Assembly (NCBI GenBank): GCA_010909165.1
Contig: MU008191.1
Span: forward strand, 558,001 to 622,000
DNA: 64,000 bases
Source: Anthoceros angustus
Lineage: Eukaryota > Plantae > Anthocerotophyta
Direction: 5' to 3'
The position numbers and the translations under genes are program-made. The notes beneath the pieces were generated by a model. That model did no database searches, was not told where the DNA came from, and was given only the letters and a program-made list of their open reading frames with translations. Positions 34,501 through 46,154 of this stretch are shown here, piece by piece (within the stretch, counting starts at the first letter, position 1; every line of letters begins with the position of its first letter).

Positions 34501-34583
34501 AAATATTTTCACGATACAATCTAGGACAACCTACCATTTACTCAAGCTTGTGATCATTCTCCATGTACACAAATCTATTGCTT

Positions 34584-34880
34584 TCATCCAAAAAATCCTT
34601 TCTTTTTCTTCTTAGGATCCTCAACTCTAACTGGATTGTGTTTCATCTTTTCTATAGGAAGTTTTTCATCATCAATATTAAGTGTCTCTTGGGTAGGTTG
34701 AATTTGCTTCAAGTGCTCTTCTACTTGGATGGGCTTATCAGGATCTTTAGGAGGAACTATAATAGGCTTGTTTTGTTTTTTAAGCTCCTCATTATACTTA
34801 ATGAGATCCTTATCTCTTTGGATAGATTCGGGTGCTTCATAAAATAGAAAAAATGGATTTTTGAGCATAGGATTTTTCAT
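34584..34880 (-). CDS. Lys/Pro/Glu-rich ORF of unknown function (possible exon or captured fragment)
   Basis: Stop-free 98-codon frame in very AT-rich DNA, with protein-like composition ending VEDPKKKKKGFFG*. Confidence 0.35.
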   Translation of the reverse strand: MKNPMLKNPFFLFYEAPESIQRDKDLIKYNEELKKQNKPIIVPPKDPDKPIQVEEHLKQIQPTQETLNIDDEKLPIEKMKHNPVRVEDPKKKKKGFFG

Positions 34881-34950
34881 TTTTTAAGGTCATACACTAT
34901 GTAATAAATAATGAGAAAGATCCACTAAATTATTAAACATAGTATATCAC

Positions 34951-34962
34951 TTTCTTGTAGTG
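34951..34962. mobile_element. CACTA (En/Spm) terminal inverted repeat, right end
   Basis: TTTCTTGTAGTG is the reverse complement of the canonical En/Spm TIR start CACTACAAGAAA. The partner end was not found. Confidence 0.5.
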
Positions 34963-35398
34963 TCACTCTAATATTAATATAAAAAATAAATTAATATATA
35001 CTTGAAATAGGTAGTATAGGAATATAAGTGAAAAACATGTCGTGATTTATTACAACAGCCTCCATAGCAACTTCCTCTTAAATTCATACATTGTGCCTAT
35101 ATAACTAATTAAACTCCTCCACTACCGTTAGTATCCTAGAGAGATATAAATTAACGGTTGCCTATGATTTGTTTACTTAATATAATATATATTTATATTA
35201 AGAAGTTTTAATAATAATCCTATTTTCATCACTTTAAATTTTTAGAACATAATTAATAATTTATTCATAATTTAGATAGCATAGTTAATATCATTAAAAA
35301 AAACCAAAACTATTTGCATGTGGAATTGTGGAACCCTTGTTGTGTGACCGTCTTTCTGTGCAATACACTTGGATATCTGGGCATTTGATCTTATCATA

Positions 35399-36531
35399 AT
35401 GGCTCCCAAAAAAGAGGTAGCATCATATGCTCATGGAGGAATGTGGTCTAAGGAGTTAGATGAAGTTGGAGTAAACAAAATTTGGTCTGAACATGTGGAG
35501 AAAGAGAATGCAATCTATAATAATGTAGGAGGCCCTTTTATGATGAATCCTCTTACATGTAGGACATTACATGTGCATGAGGCTATACACGTAGTAATAT
35601 CTTTGGTGGTCAACAAGTTATTGATTTATCTACATAAGATTTGATACCTTTTAATCATAGCATGATTGTGTCTTACAGTAATTAATATTCCGGATAGACC
35701 ACAATACTGTAATCCTAAGACAAGAGGTATGCATCTGTTTCAACAAGTAAATTCTCATATTGTCATTTCAGCTCTAATTCACGAAGTTCTAGAACTACAA
35801 AGATGTAATGCCTATATATCTTTGCATTGAAGATGTAAAGTTACTAAGGAAGAGTATGAAGCCGCCTTGAAAGTATTAGGAATGGTCTCTATTCTTAAAA
35901 GGCCAGATGCAACTCCGACAGAGAAATGGGATTGTCCTCAGACTTCATCTCATGAATATGGTTGGGTGTCTAAACCACTGGTGCGTTATTCATATTACAT
36001 ATCCTTATTGATATATATAGAAAATTTTTAATGAAAAATTGGACCAACATGTTTGTTTGTTTGCTGTAGATTCCTCGCAACCCTGAGTTTTGTTATCCTA
36101 AAAATTCATGTGCGGAGACGTTATATGCCACAAAATACTACAGCTTAATGCATACTACACCCTTCACGGCAAAAGAACCTATTGCAAAAGATTATGGAAA
36201 ATCTCCAAAATCAGCAGGTAAGGCTCCTCATGTTGTTGCCACCAGCAATCCACCCACAACTGCATCAAATGAGCAAGTGATTGTGCCGTCAAATGGTAAT
36301 CCTACCATTTCGACATTGGATCCCACACCGTCAAATGGTAATCCTACCATTTCGACACTGGATCCCACAACTGCCTCTTCTATTCCTATTGCACGTGCCC
36401 TCTCTAGTATTGTTGGACCCACTGCCACTTCTGTTCCGTCGATACCTATTACTAATGGTGAATCTAGCTTAATACCTGGGCCACCTTTAATTCTACCTAT
36501 AACAGCTAGTCCTATAATAGCCACTACTTAA
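35399..36531 (+). CDS. FAM183/CFAP144-like flagellar microtubule inner protein, 4 exons, with possible Thr/Pro/Ser-rich tail
   Basis: Exons 35399-35558, 35679-35726, ~35841-35980 and 36070-36531 give VNKIWSEHVEKEN...FMMNPLTLINIPDRP...TPTEKWDCPQTSSHEYGWVSKPLIPRNPEFCYPKNSCAETLYATKYY. This follows the recalled FAM183 pattern (N..W.E...KE, NP, P.EK...P.T...E.GW...PL, C..T.Y). Confidence 0.6.
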
Positions 36532-37479
36532 TTTGCCGTTCCTTCCTGTATTGCTCATACACCACCACATATCACTTTTTGTTTGAGTTTTATTTGTCTT
36601 TTCCTTTTTTTTTTTCCCACTTTTCTAAAAGTGATGTTTGGTTCTTAGCACTTGAGCTTCTCTTCATCTTATTTCATGGTACCAATAGACTTCACATTCA
36701 AGTCACATGATTGATAGCCATATAATAGACCTTACATTCAAAGTCATGTTTTTACTACCCATGTGATTTTGACATTGATTTTATTATGGGGAATGCCAGT
36801 CCTTACATAAGTAAGGACAATAGCCACACACGTTCTTGTAATAAAGAATAGACAATTTTCTTGCACAGTCTACAAATAAAGTTTTGAGGCACTTTTCTTG
36901 GACATATCTACAAATAAATTATAGAAAATTTTTGTTGCAAATGCATACAAATAAATAGGCACAAACCCCACTAGTATTGTCTAATTCCATATATGAAACC
37001 ACACCAATTATTAATAATAAATATACACAACTAACTTCAATTTAATCAAATATATTGAAAGTGGATTAGTTAGCAAAGAAAGTCGTTTTATACTCATAAT
37101 CTACACCACGTCAAACACAAAGTATCTTTGATGACTTGAGATCATATAAGTTTGTATTCTAACATGGATACAAACAATTATGAATTTAGATAACTGTATA
37201 TCACTTACTATATTTATTTTATGCAGGTTAAAATCAAGTATCAAATAACTTGGTTTGATGTATGATAAGATTCATTCTCTTAACTCCAACTTGACAGTAA
37301 AAAAATTAATTTTTTTATAAAATATATTATATATTAGGTAAAATATTAAAATTATATTAATTTAATATATTTAATAATGTTAATGAGTAGGTATGGTTTT
37401 TTCTATACCTATCTATTTATCTATTTAGGTAGACTGGGATGCATGAAAATTTAACTCTATAAGTAAGAAGCCTTGCATG

Positions 37480-38095
37480 AGAAGCATGTAGCCCTGGATC
37501 TAGTTAGTAAGTTGTAAGTAGTGGTGGTAAGACTTAGCTTAGGGCTTAAAGAAGAAAGACTTAGCTTAGGGCTTAAAGAAGAAAGTCTGCTTTAAGCACT
37601 TACTTTGGAAATGTTGTAAGCCTCCCTATAAAAGGAGATGAGGCTAGCCTTAGAGAAGCATCTTGTGATCCTAGCATGGGGAGCTACACTCTTGAGGATA
37701 GGACTTTGGTGCCTAGAGGCCTTGGGAGCCTAGAGTGTGAGCATGTCTAGAAGGATCCTAGCACTTGGGAGCTACACTTCTGTGAGGAGTGTGAGCATGT
37801 CTAGAAGGATCCTAGCACTTGGGAGCTACACTTCTGTGAGGATAGGAATGTGGTGCCTAGAGGCCTTGGGAGCCTAGAGTGTGAGCATGCTAGAGGAGAG
37901 CTGTTGAGGAGGAGATCGAGGGGAGAGAGCTAAGCTCCTAGCTTAGGCAAAGATGGGGAGCTCTCGTGCTAGAGGAGAGCTGTTGAGGAGGAGATTGAGG
38001 GGAGAGAGCTAAGCTCCTAGCTTAGGCAAAGATGGGGAGCTCTCTCTGATCTCTCATGTATTCTTGTTGACTCTTCTTTGGAATAAGCAGTGACA
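37480..38095 (+). mobile_element. LTR-like remnant with several nested direct duplications
   Basis: TATA-like CTATAAAAGG at ~37627, AATAAG near 38081, and tandem duplications of ~28, ~53 and ~77 bp. Termini and TSD not established. Confidence 0.55.
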
Positions 38096-38181
38096 GACGT
38101 CTTGTTGCGAGTCATCCCGTGGAAGGACGGCGGGCTACTTGGAGGCCTCGTGCTGGTGTCTGATGATGTTTTTGTTGCTAT

Positions 38182-38304
38182 CTGCGTGACTGCCCCACCT
38201 CGCTGAAAGCTAACTGCGTGACTGCTCCACCTCGCTGAAAGCTAGCTGCGTGACTGCCTCACCTCGCTGAAAGCTAACTGTGTGACTCCCCCACCTCGCT
38301 GAAA
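38182..38304. repeat. 32-bp tandem repeat, ~4 units
   Basis: CTG(C/T)GTGACT..C.CACCTCGCTGAAAGCTA units starting at 38182, 38214, 38246 and 38278. Confidence 0.9.
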
Positions 38305-38560
38305 AGGGGGTGTTATTTTATAGGTCATTTCTCTTTGGAAAAAACTTTGTAGGTCATACCCCGTGGGGGACCCTTTTTGATGGACATGAGATAGCATCAG
38401 ATAGTTCCAAGCTCCCTTTTTGATGTTCATGAGATAGCATGAGATAGTTCCAAGCTCCAACCACAACATGTGATCGCTAGAGTCCAGTGTTGCATGTGTC
38501 CGTGGTGTAGCGGTACCGACCATCCATTATTCCACTGCCGTTTCCAGTAGCTGTGTGGCA

Positions 38561-39150
38561 TACAGCCATCTCCTTCATCCAAGCTTTATGAAGGCCGTGC
38601 TCTGCAGTACACTCCGCTGTGGTCCCTGCAGACTTTGTGTGGACGAACTCGCAAGGGGTTTCCAGAGTGCGTGCGTGTGTGTGTCTTGAGCTCAGATTTT
38701 GCATGAGTGCGGCAGCCGGGGAGCTCCAATGGCCGCCTTGCTGCAGACTGTCCACAACCCGCTGAGTCATCACCGCACTGGGGCCAGATCTGGTCTCTGT
38801 GCGATTCGCGAGCTGCTTCTGCTCCGGCCCCTCCATAGGAGATGGTACAGCCATCTCCTTTGTCCAAGCTTCCAGAGAGCATATCAAGCCCGGGCACTGC
38901 AGTACATTCCGCTGTGATCCCTGCAGACTTTGTGTGGACAAACTCGCAAGGCGTTTCCAAAGTGCGTGTGTGTGTGTGTGTGTGTGTCTTGAGCTCAGAT
39001 CTCAGATGAGTGCGGCAGCCAGGAAGCTCTGATGGCCGCCTTGCGGCAGACTGTTCACAAAACAAGTGTAAACCTGTGAATGGTTAAGGACTCCGCTGAG
39101 GTCATCACCGCAAAGGGGCCCGATCTGGCCAGCTGCTTCTTCCCCGGTCC
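38561..39150. repeat. Diverged ~300-bp direct repeats (two full units, one partial) containing a (GT)n tract
   Basis: ACAGCCATCTCCTT...CTGCAGTACA.TCCGCTGTG.TCCCTGCAGACTTTGTGTGGAC.AACTCGCAAGG occurs twice; GTCATCACCGCA...GATCTGG occurs twice (38765, 39101). Confidence 0.8.
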
Positions 39151-42041
39151 CGCTCTCCCCCCGTACACTCCATACCCTTCCGGGACCACGGATAACGTAA
39201 AAGCTGGCCGCGCCCCGGTCCCCTGTGCGCGCCCTGGCTGTGGAGGAGCGGCCAGCCTCGCCTGACATTCCCAAGAAGATCTCCAAATCCGCGAAAACAG
39301 CTTCTGTACTCCGCCGACACCAGCTGCTTATAGAATTATCCACGGCTAACCTCGTCGTCACACAAGGGCTCCAGTCCATACCAAAGATGAAGCCGCTCCA
39401 AATGTCAGGTTAGGTTATTCCGCGCTTTCCTGTACACGCAAGGACGGCTCATGCATTCCAGCCTTTAGCGGCAACGCTCCCGCACACCTCACCCTTCCCA
39501 TGTCCGTACGTGCTGTGTCGTCCATGGAATTGCTATGCATACATTACAGTATTCCAGGCTGTGCCGTGCTCCTTTTGTCCATTCCTCCCAAACACAAAGC
39601 TGAATGTGCACACTCGCAGAGCACAGCCAGCGGTTCCATCTCCCCGCGCGGCTCGTGAGCGTCGAGCATCAGGACAGCAGCAGGCCGCGAAGCTGCCTCG
39701 GCATCCATGCGGCATGCCGCCCGCGGCTCTTGCATCTTCAAATATTAATTTTCATGTTTCAAAATCGTTTGTTTAATGTGTGTCAATGCAGGTGTGACAT
39801 ACGTGGGAGCCATCTAGTGTTGCGGCACGTCGCGAGCCATTCGGTGTGACTGCGACTGACATGCTCCCATCGCGGTGGCCTCCACGATGGGTGGGAGCCT
39901 TCATCCGGCGGTGACGGGTCGCCCAGGGGACCAGCCGCGGCCGGGGCCGGGGCCGTGATTTCGGAAGGTAAACCAGTTACCAAACCAGCAGAAACTGTTC
40001 CTGTTCGGTAGAGTAAATACTGGCCTATATGTGTGGGAACGGGGCGAGTCACATTTAGAGGTCGAGTTTGTGCGCGTAGTGCCTGCCACCTTCTGCTTCC
40101 CTTGCTCCCTTGCCTTTGCCTTTTTGCCTCTCCTTTTCCGTTCTCGGGCGCTCGGCTTTGCTCGGCCCGGCTCTGCTGTTTGCTTTCTGCGCTGGCTCGC
40201 GCGCGCGCGCTCGCTCGCTGGCTCCCTGCCGTCTTGAATTCTCCCTTCTCTGCTGCGCCGTTCGCGGGCGCTGTGAGATTGCGATCGTGTGAGGCATCTG
40301 TGTGGGGCGAGGCGGCACAATTCGGCGCAATTCTGGGGCCGCGCAAGAGTTGCGATGCAGGCTGTGGCGTTGCTGTCGTTCTGTGACATTGGCTTACCGT
40401 CCTGTAGTGTGAACGTCGTGGTACCGCCGGATCTGCTGCGCTGATGCATGTGGAATTGGTGTAGCCATTTCTGCGGTGGCTGAATCCTGGAGTGCGGCGC
40501 GTTTTGGTTTGGCTGGCTGGCTGGCTGGGAGGAGGCTGTGGATGCTGCGGTCGCGTGCCGGGGGGTTCGAGAGTGGTTGGATCGCGGCTTTGGTGTAGGG
40601 GTGTGTGCGGAGCGGCTGCGTCGCAAGATTTGCTTGGTTGTAGCGCGCTCTGGCGGCAGCTGCAGGCAGACGGTCTCTTCGTATCAGAGGAGCTGCGTGC
40701 CGGTTTGCCTGGGCTTGTGTGGCTGTGAGGAGCGTGCCTCGCTCTCTTCTGTCGGTGATCTCGTTTGTCTTCGATTTCGGCATCCGGAACACGACTGCTT
40801 GGTGAGTGGAGGTTGCGGTTTGTTCTGTTTCGGGCTGGCTGTGTGTGGGGTTTTGGTTGGTGAGGAGGCGGAGGGCCGTGGACCGGCCATGTAGGTAGCT
40901 AGGTTGGGGGAGGGAGGGGGGGGCGGTGTGAGGGCGCGGCGCTATTGCGTTTTACTTGCTGTGAGCTGTCGCGATGCGCCGGCGCTAGTTTGGTTCAAGT
41001 TTGGAAGGTCGAGGACCGTGTGCTTTGGGGTATTCGGTGTGTCTGCGGTGAAGGACTTGCAAGACTGTGGAACTAAATTGAACTCCAGGTTTTCGGGAGA
41101 GAATGTGGAGAGTGGAGAGTTCTCATTTAGGGTTTTGGTTGTAGTACATGGTATATCCATTTGGAGTATAGATGGTTGTAGGCACAACATGTTTGTAGCT
41201 GCTTCTGGCCTGGGGCTTGTTCTCTATGGCTGGGTGCCCTTGCGCTTATGTTTGTTATCTTTAACTGAGCAACTGCTTGCCGCGCTGGGCTCAGCTTAGG
41301 TTGCGTTCTCTAACTCGTTCTGATGTGTGTTTGTGTTCCAGGTTCCAGTGTTGGCGAGCTCTTTCGTTGGTTGGGTACCCGATTGCTTTGAGGTTTGATA
41401 CATCACTCTGGCAGCCTCTTTAGCCCCTCGTGTCCGCACCTCTTCGCAGGTGTGGGGGAGAGCTGGAGTGTGTCCAGCTCTGAGTGCCCCTCAGAAAGCG
41501 AGGCACTCCCAGGTTTGGAGGGCCTGCCGCATGGTACAGGGTGTAGCAGTGGACTACGGCTAAAATAAGGTGGTTCAAGATGTAAGCTCATGTGTGTGGA
41601 AATGTAAGAGATAAAACTCACTTAGACTGTTGCTACTAGCAGAGTCTATCGATGTAGATATCTTATACCCTGGAGAGGAGGGTGCAAGCTATGTCACTGC
41701 AGCCGGGGCTGTCATCCTTTGAGTCTGTTCATCTGTGCTGGTGGTGAATCCTAGTGAGCTGTCACGTGGGGATGGTTTGTGCAACCCTTGTTACTCCAGC
41801 TATGATAGTGGCTCCCTGTGGGTTCTTCCGGCGCTCCTGAGTGGAACAGGGCGAGGTGAATACTGATGCTGGTCATGTTTCTCACTCTCAGCCAAGCACT
41901 CCCTCTGCGATTTGGAAAATTGTCAGTAGGTTTGGAGTTCTGTGCACGTTTGATTTGTTTGTGCTAGCTGGGTCCTCCTAGGCTGTCTCAAAACACGGGG
42001 AAGTGAAGCTCTGCAACCTCGGAACTGAGGATCCAAGTGAG

Positions 42042-44812
42042 ATGGCTAGGATGTCTTGTCTACCTATATTTGGGTGGAAGCATAAAGGAAAGGTATGCAA
42101 TTCTTAATGCTTTTGATACCTCATCAGCATTCCTAGACGGAGGAGTTTATTGCTCAGCAGGATTCTTCGTTTTCCGTTTTCCATGCAGGTTGTTGAGGCA
42201 GTCCCGATGAGGGTCATGTCACAGTGGGAGGCATGCAGTCCTATCACTTCTCCAGCAAGTGAGGATGCAAGCGCAGATGCAAGTATGGGCGTTCAGGAGA
42301 ATTTATCACAGGTGTTGTCCGCCATCGAGCTGCCCACCCAAGGGAACAGGGTGCTTGCATCAATGGAGGCCAGCATGGATGAACCAGAGGTACATGGGCT
42401 TGACGCTCTTGCCGGACCGCTTGCATCAATGGAGGCCAGCATGGATGAACCAAAGGTACATGGGCTTGACATTCTTGCTGGAAAAGCAGACTATGAAGGT
42501 GAACTGCTGGATGACACAGCTGCCAGCGTGGATAATCATATTAAAGAGGCTTACCCATGTTCTGGTTCCACTCACCTTGCTCGTGGTAGTGGGCAAGATT
42601 ATGGTGGAAGTTTGCAAGGTTATCCATCTTGCCTGACCGAAGGAAGCCCTTCTGAAGCGGGTCACTTGACGGTTAGTGATCCAGGAACTATGCCAGGTGC
42701 CAGACAGCAGTTACAGGATTTTGGGCGTAGTTGCTCAGGTGCATTTTCAGAGATGAAGCCATCTGAAGAGAATGAGAGCTGTGGACATCGTCTCAGCGAT
42801 TACAGCCTTAACTCGGGATTGGTTGATGGGTCTTATGCACCAACTGAAGCCCTGCTCCAAGCTCATGAAAAATTCTCATTTGCGGTCAGGACTTCCACAT
42901 CAAGAAGACTTGCGCAACAAGGATTTGCTACTACTAGGTCTGAGGGTTCTGCTCGGAGTGTGGATGATGGAGTCATGTTTGGTATGGGGCCTGTAGGTCG
43001 TGGAATGTCCGCACCACCGAAAAAGCCTTGGTGGAAGGTAACTTTGAGAGCCCATCGTAGTGTTGCTCTTTCTGCCAGCAACCAAGCATCAAAGTCGCTG
43101 TGTGTTTCACAAGCACCTGAGAAGACTACTGCTCCTTTGCACCAACTTGGTTTTTATGGATCGGACGGGGATGACTGTGGAGGTATTGTTTCCCCACCGT
43201 CTGGGAATGATGCTGGCCTGTGTCGGAGTGGAGGAAGTGTAACAAGCTCTGGAGATGTTTCACCGGTGCAAACTGCTCATGTTGAGGATGTCATTGAGCA
43301 AGTCCCTGCTGGGATAGCTGATGGGGTTGCCATGGACGCTGGAACCATCAATCGTGCTTGGCCTTATTCTCCCTCTCATCTTGACGGTCTTCAAACTAAC
43401 AGCTCTTTCGTGTTTCCTGGAAAGAAGCGGGTGGAGGAATGGTTTGCAACTGTTGATCTCAGTGTTCCTTCTGAAGAGGAACTGCCGTTCACAGATGTCA
43501 TTTCCCCTAAAAAGCAGCCAGACTGCACTGAAGATCTTGCAGGAAGACAAGTTAAGGAGAGTACTGTACGGTCGTCAGGTCAGTCAGAGGGTCCTCTCGA
43601 CGTGGACATGGCATTGGCTGTGGCTGCAGCCCGGGCCCTTCATTCGTTGGCCACAGTGGCACACTATTCTGGTACTGGGCTGAGGATTGTTCCCCCTTTT
43701 GGGCAGTTCACCTTACTGAAGACAATCAACTTGTCTTCTAATTCCCTAGGTAAAGTTTCCGACTGGTGCGCTTTTTTCTTTTTGACTTGTTATAGTTTTT
43801 ATGCAATGGTGGAATTAAATACATGCTATTGAATCGATTATTGCAGTTCGCATTCCTTCTGGTAGTTTTCCCAAAAGCGTCCACTGCCTGGATTTGTCTC
43901 GCAACAAGATCGTTGCCATCGAAGGGCTGCGCGAGTTGACAAAACTTCGAACTTTGAACTTGTCATCGAATCGCATAACTCGGATTGGGCATGGTGAGTT
44001 CTGACCCGCTATTGTGTAACTGCAATCCATCATCCAAAGTTGCTTTACTTCATTGCAAAAGGCTCAAGACCGTTGTACTTCTCTTCTCAGGTTTGGCGCA
44101 TTGCACTTCACTCCGGGAGCTTTATCTAGGAGCAAACAAGATCAGCGAAGTCGAAGGCCTCCATCGTTTGTTGAAGCTGACTATATTGGATGTGAGCTAT
44201 AACAAGGTGGCAGAAGTTGCGGGACTTAATCAGCTTGCAGCTAATTATCTCTCTCTTCAAGAGCTGAATGTGTCTGGGAATGGGCTGTGCAAGAATATGG
44301 GGGAAGAGCAGCTGAGAAAATTCATCGGTGGTCTTTGCCCGAGTGTTATCTACTTGAACAAGCAACCCCTGAAGTCTTTCACTAGGGGAGAAGGTGTGAC
44401 GAAAGTAGGTTCTTCCACTGGGCATCATGTCCAACGGGGAATGAAGTCAAGCAACAAGGTGGCAAAGAAAGGAGGTAGCGTGCAGATCGCCCCCGGACAC
44501 AAGAGAACTGGCAGTGGGGAACCCTCGAAGACATCCAGCCATGGCGGTATCATGCCTAGCCAGGTGGGTCAAAACGGTAAGAGTCATGGGATCCTGACCT
44601 CATCGCGTCATCGACAGGGCCACGGCCATGGCCATGGCCACGGTCACGGCCACGGCCACCACCACAACCATCATCGAGACAAGCGCGGGAGACGGTCAGT
44701 GGAGTCAAGCCCGGTCGTCCACCTCGAGGCTTTCGATCCTCGAGATCCTGTTCCTCGAATACAGAGCGACGGTGCCCTGAATCATCAGGATGTGACTGCG
44801 GAAGCTTCTTAG
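42042..44812 (+). CDS. SDS22-type LRR protein of the MASP1/At1g78230 family, multi-exon
   Basis: Short first exon MARMSCLPIFGWKHKGK (42042-42092); KKPWWK and RVEEWF motifs; LRRs LKTINLSSNSL, CLDLSRNKIVAIEGLRELTKLRTLNLSSNRITRIGHGLAHCTSLRELYLGANKISEVEGLHRLLKLTILDVSYNK; stop at 44812. Confidence 0.9.
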
Positions 44813-45330
44813 GAAGTAGATGGGAGTTTATCATTAGTGTGGCAGTTCTGTGTGGGTGGATTTGCTTTTAGAGGTTGCGGCCTTCGTGTGCCGCTTTACT
44901 GTCAAGCGCATCAAAGGCCTTTAGTCTGTTTTACAATTAGTGGTTATACATCTATGTTATTACCGGTATAGATAGGAAAGTGTGTTATTTCTACCAGTCG
45001 AAAATCAGTCATCCCCCTGGATTGACTAAAACCCTAAAAACCCTGGATTTCGATATCTACAAGGCCCCCTGAAGTCAATCTTGCCGCAATTTTACCTTCT
45101 CGATCAAGCCCTGACCTTGCCCTAACCCGGATTTGCCTGTCCCAGATTAGCCTGCACATGCAACAGAGAACGGTAAATCCGGGTTTGATCTTGATGGACG
45201 TCAGTTACGTCTATGGAAGGTCGATCCAATTACCAATTATCTAATGTGTATTCAAGGCCATTTGATTAGATGAGGGCATCTGTACCCTCTATAGTTTGTT
45301 ATATGAGGGCATCTGTACCCTCTCCATTGA

Positions 45331-45584
45331 TTTTAGTCCGGAACTCATTGCTGGACTAGTATCACAAACTGGTTGTGGTACTCTTCTTCTTCTCTCTGTT
45401 GCAGGTCTTAGGTTCTTGTCCCAGATCTCTGTTGCAGGTCTTAGGTTCCTGTTCCTGTCCCAGATTAGCTTGTACTGCACCTGCAACTGAAAATGTAATT
45501 TCATCTCTACCGCAAAAGAAGAAGAGAGTTCACCACAACCAGTTTGTTTGTGATTCTAGTCCAGCAATGTGTTGAGGACTAAAG
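45331..45584. repeat. Fold-back: two ~60-bp inverted arms around a ~130-bp spacer
   Basis: The left arm TTTAGTCCGGAACTCATTGCTGGACTAGTATCACAAACTGGTTGTGGT recurs on the minus strand at ~45530-45584 as TTTAGTCCTCAACACATTGCTGGACTAGAATCACAAACAAACTGGTTGTGGT. Confidence 0.85.
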
Positions 45585-46154
45585 TTAGTGTAGGACAGTG
45601 TGGATACCCTCAGATGGCCTTGGATAGACATATACTTGGATTGACCTTCCATAGACCTTAAATACTGTACTCTCACGGCCACTAGCCAAGCTGATCAACA
45701 AATTTGCACGGACATGACCAAGCTGATCAATTTGTTGGTTAATCGTATCCATCAGTCCACCCGCTCCTCTCAGGAACAAAGTTGGCTGACCAGATTTGCC
45801 GGCACAAAGTTGGCTGACCAAGTTAGCTTGCACCTCAGATATGAAGTTGCCTTTACACAACAGCTGCCTCTGCCTCAAATCTGAAGGGCATGAAGTTACC
45901 TCTGCACAACATCTATAAAGGTCACCGTCGATTCCCTTACCAAGAAACACCATTCTAGGCATCAATGCCTGCAGTCCCACAGCAATTGTTAAACCAACCA
46001 TCATGCCACATCGCTCACTCACTCTCTTCATCTCCGTGCCCTTCTCTCCTGCACCCAAAAACACTAGACTTCCTGGCATGAATGCCGCCCCTGCAGGAAA
46101 CCGACCCACCTTAAACTCCCATCCCATCCCATTCCAGCACCAAGAACCGACCAC
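45585..46154 (-). mobile_element. Possible degenerate LINE ORF1-like remnant
   Basis: The segment LGHVRANLLISLASGRESTVFKVYGRSIQVYVYP loosely resembles the ARVLVEIDL...V.V.YE region of plant L1 ORF1. Weak evidence. Confidence 0.25.

Noticed and set aside
39780-41340. Many overlapping ORFs on both strands upstream of the LRR gene
   Set aside because: GC-rich promoter, 5'-UTR and intron sequence with simple repeats; no domain-like content.
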